A stretch of DNA of 64,000 bases from an uncultured Acidobacteriota bacterium (lineage in GTDB: Bacteria > Acidobacteriota > JAQAZP01): the NCBI GenBank assembly GCA_963836075.1, contig CAWIIB010000001.1, forward strand, positions 32,001 through 96,000, in the 5' to 3' direction. Positions 9,841 through 20,929 of the stretch are shown piece after piece (within the stretch, counting starts at the first letter, position 1; each line of letters starts with the position of its first letter). The notes under the pieces are model-generated. The model had not been told where the DNA came from. It did not search any database and saw only the letters and a list, made by a program, of their open reading frames with translations. The translations under genes and the position numbers were made by a program.

Positions 9841-10732
9841 ATGAACAAGATACTGGTGGCGCTCGTCGTCATGTTGTTTTTGGGCTGTCTCTGCGGAGTC
9901 TATGTGCTGAACAAATATTTCGTCGCCAAGCGGCATATCGCCACGTTGAATAGTGATTTGAAGAGATCGGGTGAAGCGGTGGAGGAATTGACGGAGATTC
10001 TGGGTTCGCAATGTCCAACGAAGATGGTCTTCCTCCACCATTCCGTGGGGCAGAATATTCTCTATGCCGGGGGCCTGCAGCGTCTATTGTTGAAGCGGGG
10101 AATTTTTGTCAGCGGTGCGACATACGGCGACGACATCGGCCAGCATACCGACATCCCTGACTGGCTGCCGAAATTCGAGAACGAGATGGAGAAAATCCTG
10201 ACCTTCAAATCGCACCCCAATCGATATCATTCGGATGGAACCAGAAACGACATCGTGATGTTCAAATCGTGCTTATCCGAACAGTGATATCGTGGATGGA
10301 TCTTCGGTCACGGCTGATTCCGACGCCTCCGCAAAAACGCTGGCCAATTCCAGGCCACTTTCAATTCTTTGAAGCGTGAAATGATGAAGCAGGGATGACA
10401 CGCTCTTCGTCTACTTGACCGCTCCTCCCCTGGTCCCCGAGAAAACCACCCTGGAAAATGCTGCGCGTGCCAGACAGTTCAATGACTGGCTACTCAACGA
10501 GTACCTCGTGGAGTACCAGAACGAATCGGTGAGCGACAATCTCGTTGTCTTTGACCTGTTCGGTTTCCTGGTCGGTCCGGACAAGATGTTGAAGGAAGCG
10601 TATCGTGTCGACAAACCGGGTGACGCACACCCTAACGACGAGGCCAGCCGGTTCGCCGCCGAGGCGTTTGTCGAGTTCTTCACTCCGCTTTGGGAAGACT
10701 GGGAGAGGAGAAAGGGAGAGGGGGCTGTTTAA
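9841..10732 (+). CDS. Membrane-anchored SGNH-like protein, paralog 1 (frameshifts near 10270-10400)
   Basis: N-terminal TM, short coiled coil, VFLHHSVG, IVMFKSC, YLTAPPL, ARARQFNDWL, FDLFGFL and DAHPN (DxH catalytic-type motif). Confidence 0.6.
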
Positions 10733-10842
10733 TGCCGCCCACCTGTGTCAAGTCACCGGAATTCCTACCGGCTTCGCCAGGCTAGGTTTTTTTTCGCCTA
10801 TACCGTTGCTGGGGATCTCGGTAGTTCTTTGCGGGCACCCCG

Positions 10843-12600
10843 GAATCCGATGACGCGGGCCGGGTTTCCGGCCAGGATGGAGAAATCCTTGTAGCGTTTC
10901 CGCCCACCATCGCCTCGGCCGAGACCACGCACCCTCGACCCAGGTGAGTGCCGGGCATGATGAACGAGTTGGCTCCCAGCCAGACGTCGTCCTCGATGAT
11001 CACCGGCTTGAACTCCTGCCCCTGGTCTGCGATCAGCACCTCGGGGTCGGCGAATTGGTGGTTTGATGTCCAGATCGACACACCGGGCCCGAGGAGGACA
11101 GCGTTGCCGAAGGTCAGGCCACGCGTAAGCTTCCCCGTCAAGTGGACATTTCTAAAGTAGAGTTTCCGGCGTTCTGGTCTTTCCCTGAAGACCGTCGGTG
11201 GCAGTCCTCCCAGGGCGTCATGGGGACGCTCTTCGTTGTAGGTGATCAGCCACTCCCAGGTGATCTCCCGCACCTGATCAAGATCGTCGAACAGGTAGGT
11301 GCTCAGCACTTCATCCCGATAGGTCCGGTTGAACCGTTCGATGTAAGCGTTCTGGTTCGGCTTGCCCGGCTGGATGTAACGGATCTCGACGTCGTTCTCC
11401 TCGCACCAGTCGACGAAGACCTGGCAGGTCAGCTCAGGCCCATTGTCGCAGCGGATGGCTTCGGGAAGGCCGCTGCCATCCTTCATCCGCTCCAGAACGC
11501 GGACCACCCGCTCGCCCGGGAGCGAGGTATCGATCTCGATGTCCAGGCACTCACGGACGCCCTCGTCGAGCACGTTGAACGTCCGGAACCGCCGGCCAAC
11601 GTAAAGCGTGTCGTGCATGAAGTCGATCGACCAGACAGCATTGGCAACTGCCGGAACATCCAGCGGCTGCCGCTCTCTGGTCGGTATCCGTTTCTTTGTC
11701 CGGCGTTTGTGGTTCAAGCCCAGCTCCTTGTAAACCCGGTACACCCGCTTGTGGTTCCACCGCTGGCCATCGAAGCGAAGCTGCTTGATAGCACTTCCAG
11801 AAGCCCCAGCGACGGTGCTTCTCAGCAAGCTCCTGCAAGAGCCTCGATGACCTCGCCGATCCCGGGCCAGCTTGTCCTGCAGCGGCTTGTACCATGCGGA
11901 CCGGGAGAGCCCGACGAGCCTGACAGGCCCGAGTTACCGATAAGCTTCTTCTCCGCCACCAGATACCTAGCGGCTTCTCTTCGTTCCGGTGGCGTCAGAG
12001 CTTTTTTGAGATCAGATCCTTCAGCGCGTCGTTTTCAAGGCTCAGATCGGCGTACATCCGCTTCAGCTCGGCGTTCTCGAGCCTCAAGCTCCTTGATCCG
12101 CTTCAGCTCGGAGGCCGCCAGGCCACCGTACTTCGACTTCCACTTGTAGTAGGTGGCAGGGCTGATGCCATGCTTGCGACAGACGTCCTGGACGGTGATC
12201 CCGGCATCGGCTTCGTTGAGGATCGATACGATCTGGGTCTCGGTGAATCTGCGACTTCTTCATCTGAACCTCCTGGCTACTATTATGCCAGAAAGCTCTA
12301 CTTGCTCGTGTCTACCATATGGGGGAGCTTACGCCACCACCGGCCTGGATCATCACCCCCAAACCGATGTGGCAGCGGTCGCCCATGGAGAACTTTCCTG
12401 GGTTGCGGATGAAGACTTTGTTGTGGAATTTTGCCTCGGCACCCATCGACTTGAGCCACTTGCGGTAGAAACGGAGCCTCAGCCGCTGACCGATGTAGAA
12501 AGGGACCAGTGAGTAGAGAGGTCTCCAAAACAAAGTTTCTCCGCGACTCCACGGGCGTTTGATAACCGAGCTTTTTGCGTATTCTGCTGTAAGCGAACGC
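10843..12600 (-). pseudogene. Hexapeptide-repeat (LbetaH) sugar O-acyltransferase interrupted by IS3; 5' end lost
   Basis: ...KFSMGDRCHIGLGVMIQAGGG [IS] GLTFGNAVLLGPGVSIWTSNHQF...IIEDDVWLGANSFIMPG. Confidence 0.8.
11124..12333 (-). mobile_element. IS3 family element (IS407-like) with orfA/orfB
   Basis: Imperfect IRs CGTAAGCTTCCCC...GGACA and TGTCTAC...GGGGGAGCTTACG, with CCAC at or next to both ends. orfA ...VCRKHGISPATYYKWKSKYGG. A6G slip site at ~12001-12007. orfB WSIDF, CDNGPE, PGKPNQNAYIERFNRTYR. Confidence 0.92.
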
Positions 12601-12643
12601 TGAGGTCACACCCCCAAATTTCGGACAATATGTTAAGGTATGC

Positions 12644-13750
12644 TAAGGTGGCTCCAGACCCCTGAACGGAGGGAATGGAGCGATGAAAAAGCGACGCAGT
12701 TTTTCGGCCGAGTTCAAGGCCAGGGTGGCGCTGGAGGCGCTGGCCGGGGCGCAGACGCTGGCCGAGCTGGCGGCGAAGCACGACGTCCACCCCAACATGA
12801 TCGCGCAGTGGAAGCGGCAGGCCAAGGAGAGCCTGCCCGAGCTGTTCTCCAAGAAGGACGACCGCAGCGAAGCAGCCCGAGAAGCCGAGATCAAGGAGCT
12901 GCACGCCAAGATCGGCCAGCTGACGGTGGAGAAGGATTTTTTAGCAAAAGCCTTCGGTCGCTGAGCCACGGCCGGAGGGTAGCGATGATCGATCCGAATC
13001 ATCCGCGGCTCAGCATCGTCCGCCAGTGCGAGCTGGTGAGCGATCGCCCGCTCGTCGTTCTACTACACGGGCAAGGGCGAGACGCCCGCTGAACCTCAAG
13101 CTGATGCGTCTGATCGACGAGCAGTTTCTGGAGACGCCGTACTACGGGTCGCGGCAGATGGCTCGGCATCTTCGCCGGCAGGGCTACTGCGTCGGCCGCA
13201 AGCGGGTCCGGCGCTTGATGCGCAAGATGGGCCTCGACGCCGATCTACCAGGAGCCTCGGACATCCGAGCCGCATCCGGAGCATCGGATCTATCCGTATC
13301 TGCTGCGGGACCTGACGATCGACCGGCCGAACCAGGTCTGGTGCGCCGACATCACCTACATCCCGATGCGACGAGGCTTTCTGTACCTGGTGGCGATCAT
13401 GGACTGGGCGACGCCGGGCGGTCTTGGCCTGGCGGCTGTCCAACACGATGGACGCGAGCTTCTGCGTCGAGGCGCTCGAGGAGGCGCTGTCGCGCTACGG
13501 CACGCCGGAGATCTTCAACACCGACCAGGGCAGCCAGTTCACCAGCGACGAGTTCACCGGACGTGCTGAAGGACGCCGGCGTGAGGATCTCGATGGACGG
13601 CAAGGGCCGCTGGATGGACAACGTCTTCATCGAGCGGCTCTGGCGCTCGCTCAAGTACGAGCCCCACCCACTGTTCGATGATGACAAGACGCCCCTGGAG
13701 GCGTACACCCTGAGGATGGCGGCGTGATCAACCACATGGAGGCCACCTCT
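12644..13750 (+). mobile_element. IS3 family element copy A (internal deletions at its 3' end)
   Basis: Ends TAAGGTGG...CCACCTCT. orfA 12683-12964 MKKRRSFSAEFKARVALEAL. orfB QVWCADITYIPMRRGFLYLVAIMDW, FNTDQGSQFT, DNVFIERLWRSLKYE. Confidence 0.88.
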
Positions 13751-13853
13751 GGTGTCACCGCGTATATGCGGAAGATACAGCGAATTCCGGACCTTTGGGA
13801 AAACTGATTCCGATCAATTGGGAACACCGATTTCGGCATCAAGGATTAGCACC

Positions 13854-15977
13854 ATGCAACGCTCAAAGGGATTTTTTGTTGATGCGTCAAATGATTTTAC
13901 TACGGAGTATCGCTGTCCTTATTGCTTAAATGACCTGGCGATTCCATCGCAAACGTGTATTGAGTGCCTTGGGTGTGAGAAAAAATACGGCGTTTTAAAT
14001 GAGATTATTGATTTTTCAAGGAGTTCCGGTTACTTCTATAGCTGTATCAAATACAATGAGCTGATAAAACATATGCGCGATCAGGAACAGACATCGGAAG
14101 ATCCTTTTTACAAGATCGTCACTGAAACAAGCACACGGCCGGAAAAAATACTACGCAGAAAACTGTCCATGGAAAATCTTCCGTGGCATTTGCTGATTGG
14201 TATCCATGGGAACCACCGGGTTCTCGATATCGGATGTGGCATGGGATTTGCGGCCATCCGTTTGGCACAATACTATGATCAAGTCTATGCGTGTGATCTG
14301 ACATGGGAAAATGTTCAGCTTGTCAAAAAAAGAGCAGAATACCATTCTATCCGGAACATAAAATATATATGCGGTTTTGATTCTCCCTACTTCCCATTCA
14401 GGGACAATTTTTTCGATGTTGTATTTCTAAATGGTGTACTTGAACATGTTTTTGATAATCCGATCCATAAACGGAAGGGCGACTCATCGAAATTCACTAG
14501 GATGGGTTGCCTTCTCCGTTCTCTGGTCGGGAAAAATAATCCAAAGACAGCGCAGTCTGATTTTCTAAAGGAGATCAACCGGGTTCTAGCACATGATGGT
14601 ACCCTATTTATAGGGATTGAGAATCGGCTAAGCAGACAATATCTGGCAGGGGCTCCGGAAGATCATATCCTGATGAAGTACATTACCTTGCTGCCGAGAA
14701 TACCGGCGAATTTATATGCTATGGCGTATAAGCGCAAACCCTATTTGACTTATACTTACAGTCTTTGGGGGTATACAAAATTGTTGAAGGGGGCCGGCTT
14801 CCAGTCGCAACGTTTTTATGGAATGCAACCGAATTATAGTGATGTGGAGACAATTAGCGATACCGCACATTTTTCCAGTCCCGAAACCGGGATTTCGGCA
14901 TCGGGGATTAAACCCGTTGTAAAAGGGTGGATGGAGCACTCAAAAAAAGTGCAGCAGTATCTGCCGCACTGCTTTGGCATTGTCGCCCGAAAAAAAGATC
15001 CCTCAACGAATATAATCGAAGAAATTACGTCGGATCTGAATCGGTCCGTGGGGAACGGACAGTGGAAGATATCGGATCACAACTATTTCGTGACCCAAAA
15101 AGGGACGCTGGTTGCTAAACTATATAACAGCGAACCGGACAGGGACTTTGTAATTAAAATCGGATTGAATCCATCCGCTTCTGCACAACTGACACGTAAC
15201 TATTGTTCGATATCAAAGATTCATACCGCAAAGGCACTCGCCGACGCCGTAATAGCAGTTGTACCGGAGCCGATGGTGAAAGGGCAATACAGTCAATATC
15301 AATATTTTATTGAAGAATATAAGGCTGGTACGCCTTCCGTTCAATTGCGGAAAAAACCGGATGAAATGAAACATGTATTGAAAAATGCTGCTGGTTTCAT
15401 TGAAGCATTGCACGAGTCCACCCGAAATGAAGCTGGGTTCAGCGTGGCTGTCCAGGAATCGATTGTCGACTGGAAGTTAGATCGCCTGGCTGAATTGTTT
15501 GCGGGTGAAGAGCGTAAATATCTGGAAGAAATCAGAAATTACCTGAAAGAGAATATTCTGTCGGATTCGTTGTTTTCAGTTTTTCACAAGGGGGATTGTA
15601 GCGCACATAATGTGCTGGTATCAAAAGAAAATGTTGTTAGTGCCATAATCGACTGGGACCAATCCGATCAGCGGGGGTTTCCGTTTGTGGATTTGTTGAA
15701 TCTGATTGAATCTTTTAAAAGATGTTTGTTAAATGTCGGCATGGGGCAAATATTGCGGGACTATTTTTTCACCGGCGGTTTTGACAGGCTGGAAAGGGAA
15801 ATTATCCGGCACTACTGCGACCGGCTTGGGCTTTCTGAAAAAGCTGTAATGCCGATGACGATATTATATTGGATGGATCATATAAATGCACAGGATTTCG
15901 ACCATATGAAATATGACGACAGGTGGATAGCGAAAAATGTCATGGCGGTTTTGCGCCATCTGAAGGAAAATCTGTAA
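13854..15977 (+). CDS. Zn-ribbon + class I SAM methyltransferase + APH/choline-kinase-like phosphotransferase fusion
   Basis: CPYC...CLGC, VLDIGCGMG, FPFRDNFFDVVFLNGVLEHV, IGIENR. Kinase motifs FHKGDCSAHNVLV and AIIDWD. Intact, AT-rich ORF. Confidence 0.8.
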   Translation: MQRSKGFFVDASNDFTTEYRCPYCLNDLAIPSQTCIECLGCEKKYGVLNEIIDFSRSSGYFYSCIKYNELIKHMRDQEQTSEDPFYKIVTETSTRPEKILRRKLSMENLPWHLLIGIHGNHRVLDIGCGMGFAAIRLAQYYDQVYACDLTWENVQLVKKRAEYHSIRNIKYICGFDSPYFPFRDNFFDVVFLNGVLEHVFDNPIHKRKGDSSKFTRMGCLLRSLVGKNNPKTAQSDFLKEINRVLAHDGTLFIGIENRLSRQYLAGAPEDHILMKYITLLPRIPANLYAMAYKRKPYLTYTYSLWGYTKLLKGAGFQSQRFYGMQPNYSDVETISDTAHFSSPETGISASGIKPVVKGWMEHSKKVQQYLPHCFGIVARKKDPSTNIIEEITSDLNRSVGNGQWKISDHNYFVTQKGTLVAKLYNSEPDRDFVIKIGLNPSASAQLTRNYCSISKIHTAKALADAVIAVVPEPMVKGQYSQYQYFIEEYKAGTPSVQLRKKPDEMKHVLKNAAGFIEALHESTRNEAGFSVAVQESIVDWKLDRLAELFAGEERKYLEEIRNYLKENILSDSLFSVFHKGDCSAHNVLVSKENVVSAIIDWDQSDQRGFPFVDLLNLIESFKRCLLNVGMGQILRDYFFTGGFDRLEREIIRHYCDRLGLSEKAVMPMTILYWMDHINAQDFDHMKYDDRWIAKNVMAVLRHLKENL

Positions 15978-15996
15978 TTCATATTGGAGAATGGAA

Positions 15997-16556
15997 ATGT
16001 TTCTTAAATCGCTGTACCTGGGATTTGAGAGATCCGCGGATTCGCAAGGAATGGCTATATGAAATTGTAAGAAACATGCCTGGTAGGCATGGTTTTTTAT
16101 TGCGGAGCCGTGTATTGAAAAGCCGCTTTAAGAAAGCGGGAAACAACCTGAGGATTCACCAGGGATGTAGAATTATCAACATACATAAGCTTGAAGTGGG
16201 GGATAATGTTTAACTTTGGTGTTGACTCTTATATACAGGCCGGCGGCGGCATTAGCATAGGAAACTATACCGAAATGGGCCCCGGGGTCAAGATTTGGTC
16301 GCAAACGCATATCTATGATGATCCTGAAGTTCAGCTCGAGCACGCCGGATATGAATACAACAAGGTTGTCATTGGAAATAATGTCTGGATCGGTGCAAAT
16401 GCGTTTCTTATGCCGGGTGTCGTCATCGAAGATGGCTGTGTGATATCGGCATGTTCCACGGTTGGAAAGAAAACCTGGCCTTCGAATTCAATCATCCAAG
16501 GAAATCCTGCACGGAAAATCGGTGAGCGGGGGCTCTTGCGAAAGCAAAACAAGTAG
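15997..16556 (+). CDS. Hexapeptide-repeat acyltransferase (frameshifts)
   Basis: LEVGDNV/NFGVDSYIQAGGGISIGNYTEMGPGVKIWSQTH...VVIGNNVWIGANAFLMPGVVI...GNPARKI. Confidence 0.85.
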
Positions 16557-16577
16557 GAAAAGATAATATTTTATCAA

Positions 16578-16850
16578 ATGGATAAGAAGAATATATTACT
16601 GGTTGCATATACGTTTCCTCCCATCCATTACAGTGGTACATTCAGAAGTCTTCGACTATGCAAAAGACTATCCGGAATGAATATCAATCTGCATGTTTTA
16701 ACAATTGATGTGTATGGCGATATTCCAAATGATTACGGATTGCTTGATCAGGTACCAGCATCCGTTGAGATCCACAGAACGCCAATAGTTGATCCTTACC
16801 GTCGGTATCGGGCCCGGAAATCAGGCAAGGCCCAAAATATATTCGTAAAA
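16578..16850 (+). pseudogene. Glycosyltransferase family 4-like N-terminal fragment, truncated
   Basis: KNILLVAYTFPP...GTFRSLRLCKRL...LHVLT is a typical GT4 N-terminus. The frame runs into an IS remnant. Confidence 0.7.
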
Positions 16851-16851
16851 C

Positions 16852-17548
16852 TTAATTTCATCAAGCAGGACGGCATAAAGCTGGGCCGGCGCCTCGTCTT
16901 CGAACCGCTAAGTGTGGAGCGGATCAAGAGCCTGTTGTCTCTCATGCCTTGTGAGCGTATGATCATATTTGGATCTGGGCAGGGTTCGAGCAAGTATTAC
17001 TGGCGATGACGATACAAGGTGTCGCGGGAAACGACAAGCGCTTCATGGGCCGAAACCGGTCCTTCGTTTTTCTCATTTTCTTTCGCTACGGCCAACAGTC
17101 ATCTTCTTCGCTCTCCTGGTTCCTCAGGCGTATCGCCAGCATCTCCGAGGCATTTTATAAGATATCAATGATCAATTCCACCCGTTTCATCTACCTCTTT
17201 TGTAGGGCGTTATCCCGTTCCTGCCCTTTGATTCGAACCTTGCTCTGCTCGGGCTTTCGGCCACGCGCCTTTTCGTCTAATTCTTCTACCCACTACATGC
17301 GCCAGTTCACCAAGTGTGCAGAACACAACCCCTCAAGCCGAAATATTGCTTTGATATCACGGTCGCCTTTGCAAGCATCTTTCTCACGCTGGCTGCACAG
17401 CTTTTTTTCCATCGCATATTTTCTGCGTCTTGTCTTTTCATTTACTTCAGGATCAAGGGCCGGCACTGGAGCGGCGGTTGTTCACAAACCCTCGGTCTCC
17501 CTTTGTTTTCATGCTTTTCATCTACAGGCGTCGAACGCCATCTCATTG
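16852..17548 (-). mobile_element. Degenerate IS3-family remnant
   Basis: Minus strand reads DPEVNEKTRRRKY...EGLCSAHLVNWR* (orfA-like) and QQALDPLHT*RFEDEAPAQLYAVLLDE (orfB N-terminus-like), with stop codons. Confidence 0.6.
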
Positions 17549-17552
17549 CTAG

Positions 17553-18856
17553 CAGGCTGTTGAAAAACTCTTGAAAACGTTGCGTCCATGAACGTCGCGT
17601 ACTACAATGCCGCCATTGACAAAATCCAACAAAACAGGTGGTGCAATGCGCGGTGGTGACGAGCACGAGCAGGACATGTTCTGCTATATCTCCCTTGAAG
17701 AACGAGTGCCCCAGGATCATCCTCTGCGGCCGATGAGGAAAATGGTCGATGAGGCACTGGCCAACCTGACCCATGACTTCCAGGAGATGTATTCCCGGGT
17801 CGGCCGGCCTTCCATTCCTCCGGAGCGACTCTTACGAGCTCTTCTGCTTCAGTATCTTTACACCATCCGCAGTGAACGAATGCTGGTCGAGCAGCTTGAT
17901 TACAACCTCCTGTTCCGCTGGTTCGTCGGCCTCTCGATGAGTGATCCTGTCTGGAACCACGCAACCTTCTCCAAGAACCGTGAGCGGTTGATGGACTCGG
18001 ATATCGCGGTGAAGTTCTTCCTCGAGATCAAGGAGCAAGCTGAAAAGAAGAACCTCCTCTCGAACGAACATTTTACTGTTGACGGCACCCTCATCGAATC
18101 CTTGGCTTCGCTGAAGAGCTTTAAGCCGAAGGATGGTTCTGACGACCCGCCTGCCCCCGGTGCCGGCGGCCGAAACCCAAAGGTCGACTTCCATAACCAG
18201 AAGCGGAAGAACGATACCCATGCCTCCACGACTGATCCCGATGCTCGGCTGATGCGTAAAGGCAAAGGCAAGGAAGCCAAGCTCAACTTCATGGGTCACG
18301 TCCTGATGGAAAACCGCAACGGGCTCGTCGTCAACACCAGCCTGACACTGGCAACGGGAACAGCCGAACGCGATGCTGCCGGGGACATGATCTACGAGGT
18401 CCCAGGCGATCACCGTATTACCGTTGGCGCTGACAAAAACTACGATACAAAAGGCTTCATCAAGAAGCTTCGTTCTTACAACGTGACACCTCACGTGGCC
18501 AGGAAGAAGAACTCGGCCATCGATGACCGAACAACACGCCATGAGGGCTACGATGTCAGCCAGCGAGTCCGCAAGCGAGTGGAAGAGATCTTCGGTTGGA
18601 TGAAAACCATCGCTCCACTCCGTAAGGCTCATCACATCGGTAAAAAGAAAGTCGCTTGGGACTTCACCTTCGCTGCCGCAGCCTTCAACCTGATCCGAAT
18701 GAGAAACATCAACGCACTATCACCGCCATGAGGCGATAAATATGAAGCCGGAACGAGTCTTGATCACGATCATCTCGAAATAATCGAAGCAGCAGGCCGG
18801 CATCAACAGCAAGAACAGGTAGTCGGAAGCGAAATCACAGTTTTTTCAACAGCCTG
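17553..18856 (+). mobile_element. IS5 family element, intact
   Basis: Perfect IR CAGGCTGTTGAAAAA / TTTTTCAACAGCCTG flanked by CTAG (17549-52 and 18857-60). Confidence 0.93.
17646..18731 (+). CDS. IS5 family DDE transposase
   Basis: PQDHPLR, GRPSIPPERLLRALLLQ, FTVDGTLI, TDPDARL, GADKNYD, RKRVEEIFGWMK. Confidence 0.93.
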   Translation: MRGGDEHEQDMFCYISLEERVPQDHPLRPMRKMVDEALANLTHDFQEMYSRVGRPSIPPERLLRALLLQYLYTIRSERMLVEQLDYNLLFRWFVGLSMSDPVWNHATFSKNRERLMDSDIAVKFFLEIKEQAEKKNLLSNEHFTVDGTLIESLASLKSFKPKDGSDDPPAPGAGGRNPKVDFHNQKRKNDTHASTTDPDARLMRKGKGKEAKLNFMGHVLMENRNGLVVNTSLTLATGTAERDAAGDMIYEVPGDHRITVGADKNYDTKGFIKKLRSYNVTPHVARKKNSAIDDRTTRHEGYDVSQRVRKRVEEIFGWMKTIAPLRKAHHIGKKKVAWDFTFAAAAFNLIRMRNINALSPP

Positions 18857-18901
18857 CTAGGTTTTTCAACTTTAACCTTCCACTAATGTAAGGTGATAAT
18901 A

Positions 18902-20830
18902 ATGCCCGGTATTTATGGTTTTTTAGACAATAATCACAGCGTCAAACTATTAAAAACTGAAGGTAAAGCTAAACGATACCTGAATCATCTCAGTCATTAT
19001 CATCAGAACTCTGTTTTTGTTGATAACTATATATCAGGAATATCTGTACCCTATGAAATCATTCCAATTGGCCCACATCATGATAAAAAGAATGGTTTAG
19101 TAATTAATTTAGATGGCAGAATCGACTATTATATTGATGATAATGGATACAAACATACACCAATTAATGATGATGTTTATAAAATTATTGCGAATCTATT
19201 TATTAAACATGGAAATAATATACCATCTTATTTATCCGGTTCATATAACATCACAATTTATAGCCAAAGCAATAAAGAGTTGATAATATTCAACGATATT
19301 ATCGGTAACAGATTTCTTTATTACTATTTCTGCGAAGATTATTTCATTTATGGGCCTGAATTAAAAACATTTCTTGCCCATCCATATTTTAAGCCGCGAC
19401 CAAATATGTATGCACTAGCAGATATATGCAATTTTCAAAAGATATGGGGATATAAAACATTATTAGAAGATGTATATCTATTGCCTGCAGCCAGTATTTT
19501 AATTCTTTCAAAAAAACATATTGACGTCAACTCATATTTCATTCCAAGTCACACTGGAAACAAGGCACTTGATACTGATGAAGAATTAATTGATGAAGGT
19601 TGGAAACTTATCAATCAGAGTGTTGACCGCTGTCTCGCAGACAAAGTATCCGTAGCCTTGCCTATAACAGCGGGGCTTGATTCTAGACTTCTACTGGCCG
19701 CAGTGAAGATGCGTGGGGTGGATTACACATGTTACACACATGCGGATAGTAAATCTTGTGTTGAATACAAGATTGCGCGAATAGTAACCCAAAGAATGCA
19801 AGTTCCAAAACATATATTTATATTGATATCTCCAGATACTGTTGGGCAATACTTGCATTATGCCGCTTGGCTAAATGATTGTACGGAATTAGCTAGTGCT
19901 TCATATCATGTAGATATAGCACATCAAATGACTTCCGGCAGTGACGGTTTAATGAACGGTATATTTGGTGGTCATATGAGCTTTTCTGATGGATTTTATA
20001 TTCCTGAACACGACCGAACCGATCTTGATTTCGATAATCGTTATTCCCTATTTACCGATATTGTAAAAGCAAGGGGCCGATCTATTACTGACCCACCTCC
20101 CCCTGCAGGAATATATTCTGATCCATATTCAGAATTTTTATATAGCACTGCAAAATCAACTATTATAAAGGGACTAAAGCAGTTTGAACGAATAAGCGAT
20201 AATTTCTCTGAACAGATCGTCGCTTACGTAAGAGACACATTATTACGTAACATGATGAATCGAAAAGATATTAATCGAATATTCCAGAAAGATGAACTTG
20301 TTTTCAGCGATCCTGACCTTTTTCGTTATTTTCTCGATATTCCATTTCGTAAGAAACATAATAATAAAATATATTATGGTATTTTCAAAAAATATTTACC
20401 CCATTTAATAGATATGCCGACAATTCATACTGGAGAGAATGCAAGAAGGAAAAACCTTATTGACGAAAGCAGGAGTATTGCAAGAAAAGATATGAATTAC
20501 CTAAAATATATTCTTTCTCATTACATAGGAAGAGCTAGCGGAGGCATAATAAATATTCGAAATAATATGCAATATAAACATTATAATCAATGGTATAGAA
20601 CTTCAAAGATACTGCGATTAAATATAGAAAAGATACTATTGGATGATAGAACGCTGGGACGTAAACATATCAATCCGGATATTGTCAGGCAGAGAATTAA
20701 GAAACAGAGAAGAGGTGGTGAGGAATATGGCAAGCTGCTGATCTTAACTCAAATCGAGTTGTTTTATCGTTTATTTATTGAACATGATGAGCAACCTCAA
20801 GGGATTGAGATTCTCAACAGGCATCAATAG
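18902..20830 (+). CDS. Asparagine synthetase (AsnB)-like amide ligase lacking the N-terminal catalytic Cys
   Basis: Starts MPGIYG rather than MCGI. Has DIIGNRFLYY, GPELK and the PP-loop PITAGLDSR. Strongly AT-rich. Confidence 0.8.
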   Translation: MPGIYGFLDNNHSVKLLKTEGKAKRYLNHLSHYHQNSVFVDNYISGISVPYEIIPIGPHHDKKNGLVINLDGRIDYYIDDNGYKHTPINDDVYKIIANLFIKHGNNIPSYLSGSYNITIYSQSNKELIIFNDIIGNRFLYYYFCEDYFIYGPELKTFLAHPYFKPRPNMYALADICNFQKIWGYKTLLEDVYLLPAASILILSKKHIDVNSYFIPSHTGNKALDTDEELIDEGWKLINQSVDRCLADKVSVALPITAGLDSRLLLAAVKMRGVDYTCYTHADSKSCVEYKIARIVTQRMQVPKHIFILISPDTVGQYLHYAAWLNDCTELASASYHVDIAHQMTSGSDGLMNGIFGGHMSFSDGFYIPEHDRTDLDFDNRYSLFTDIVKARGRSITDPPPPAGIYSDPYSEFLYSTAKSTIIKGLKQFERISDNFSEQIVAYVRDTLLRNMMNRKDINRIFQKDELVFSDPDLFRYFLDIPFRKKHNNKIYYGIFKKYLPHLIDMPTIHTGENARRKNLIDESRSIARKDMNYLKYILSHYIGRASGGIINIRNNMQYKHYNQWYRTSKILRLNIEKILLDDRTLGRKHINPDIVRQRIKKQRRGGEEYGKLLILTQIELFYRLFIEHDEQPQGIEILNRHQ

Positions 20831-20929
20831 CCAACGTCCGGCTCTCATTTGTAATGCTCTATGCTACAAGAAATAAAAGCGGACATGATTACTGGAAATG
20901 GCAATCAATCAGCCCAAGGAGAATGACAT

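Noticed and set aside
10782-11828. Apparent integrase-acyltransferase fusion protein
   Set aside because: IS3 orfB reads through the IR into the interrupted acyltransferase; it is an insertion junction, not an evolved fusion.
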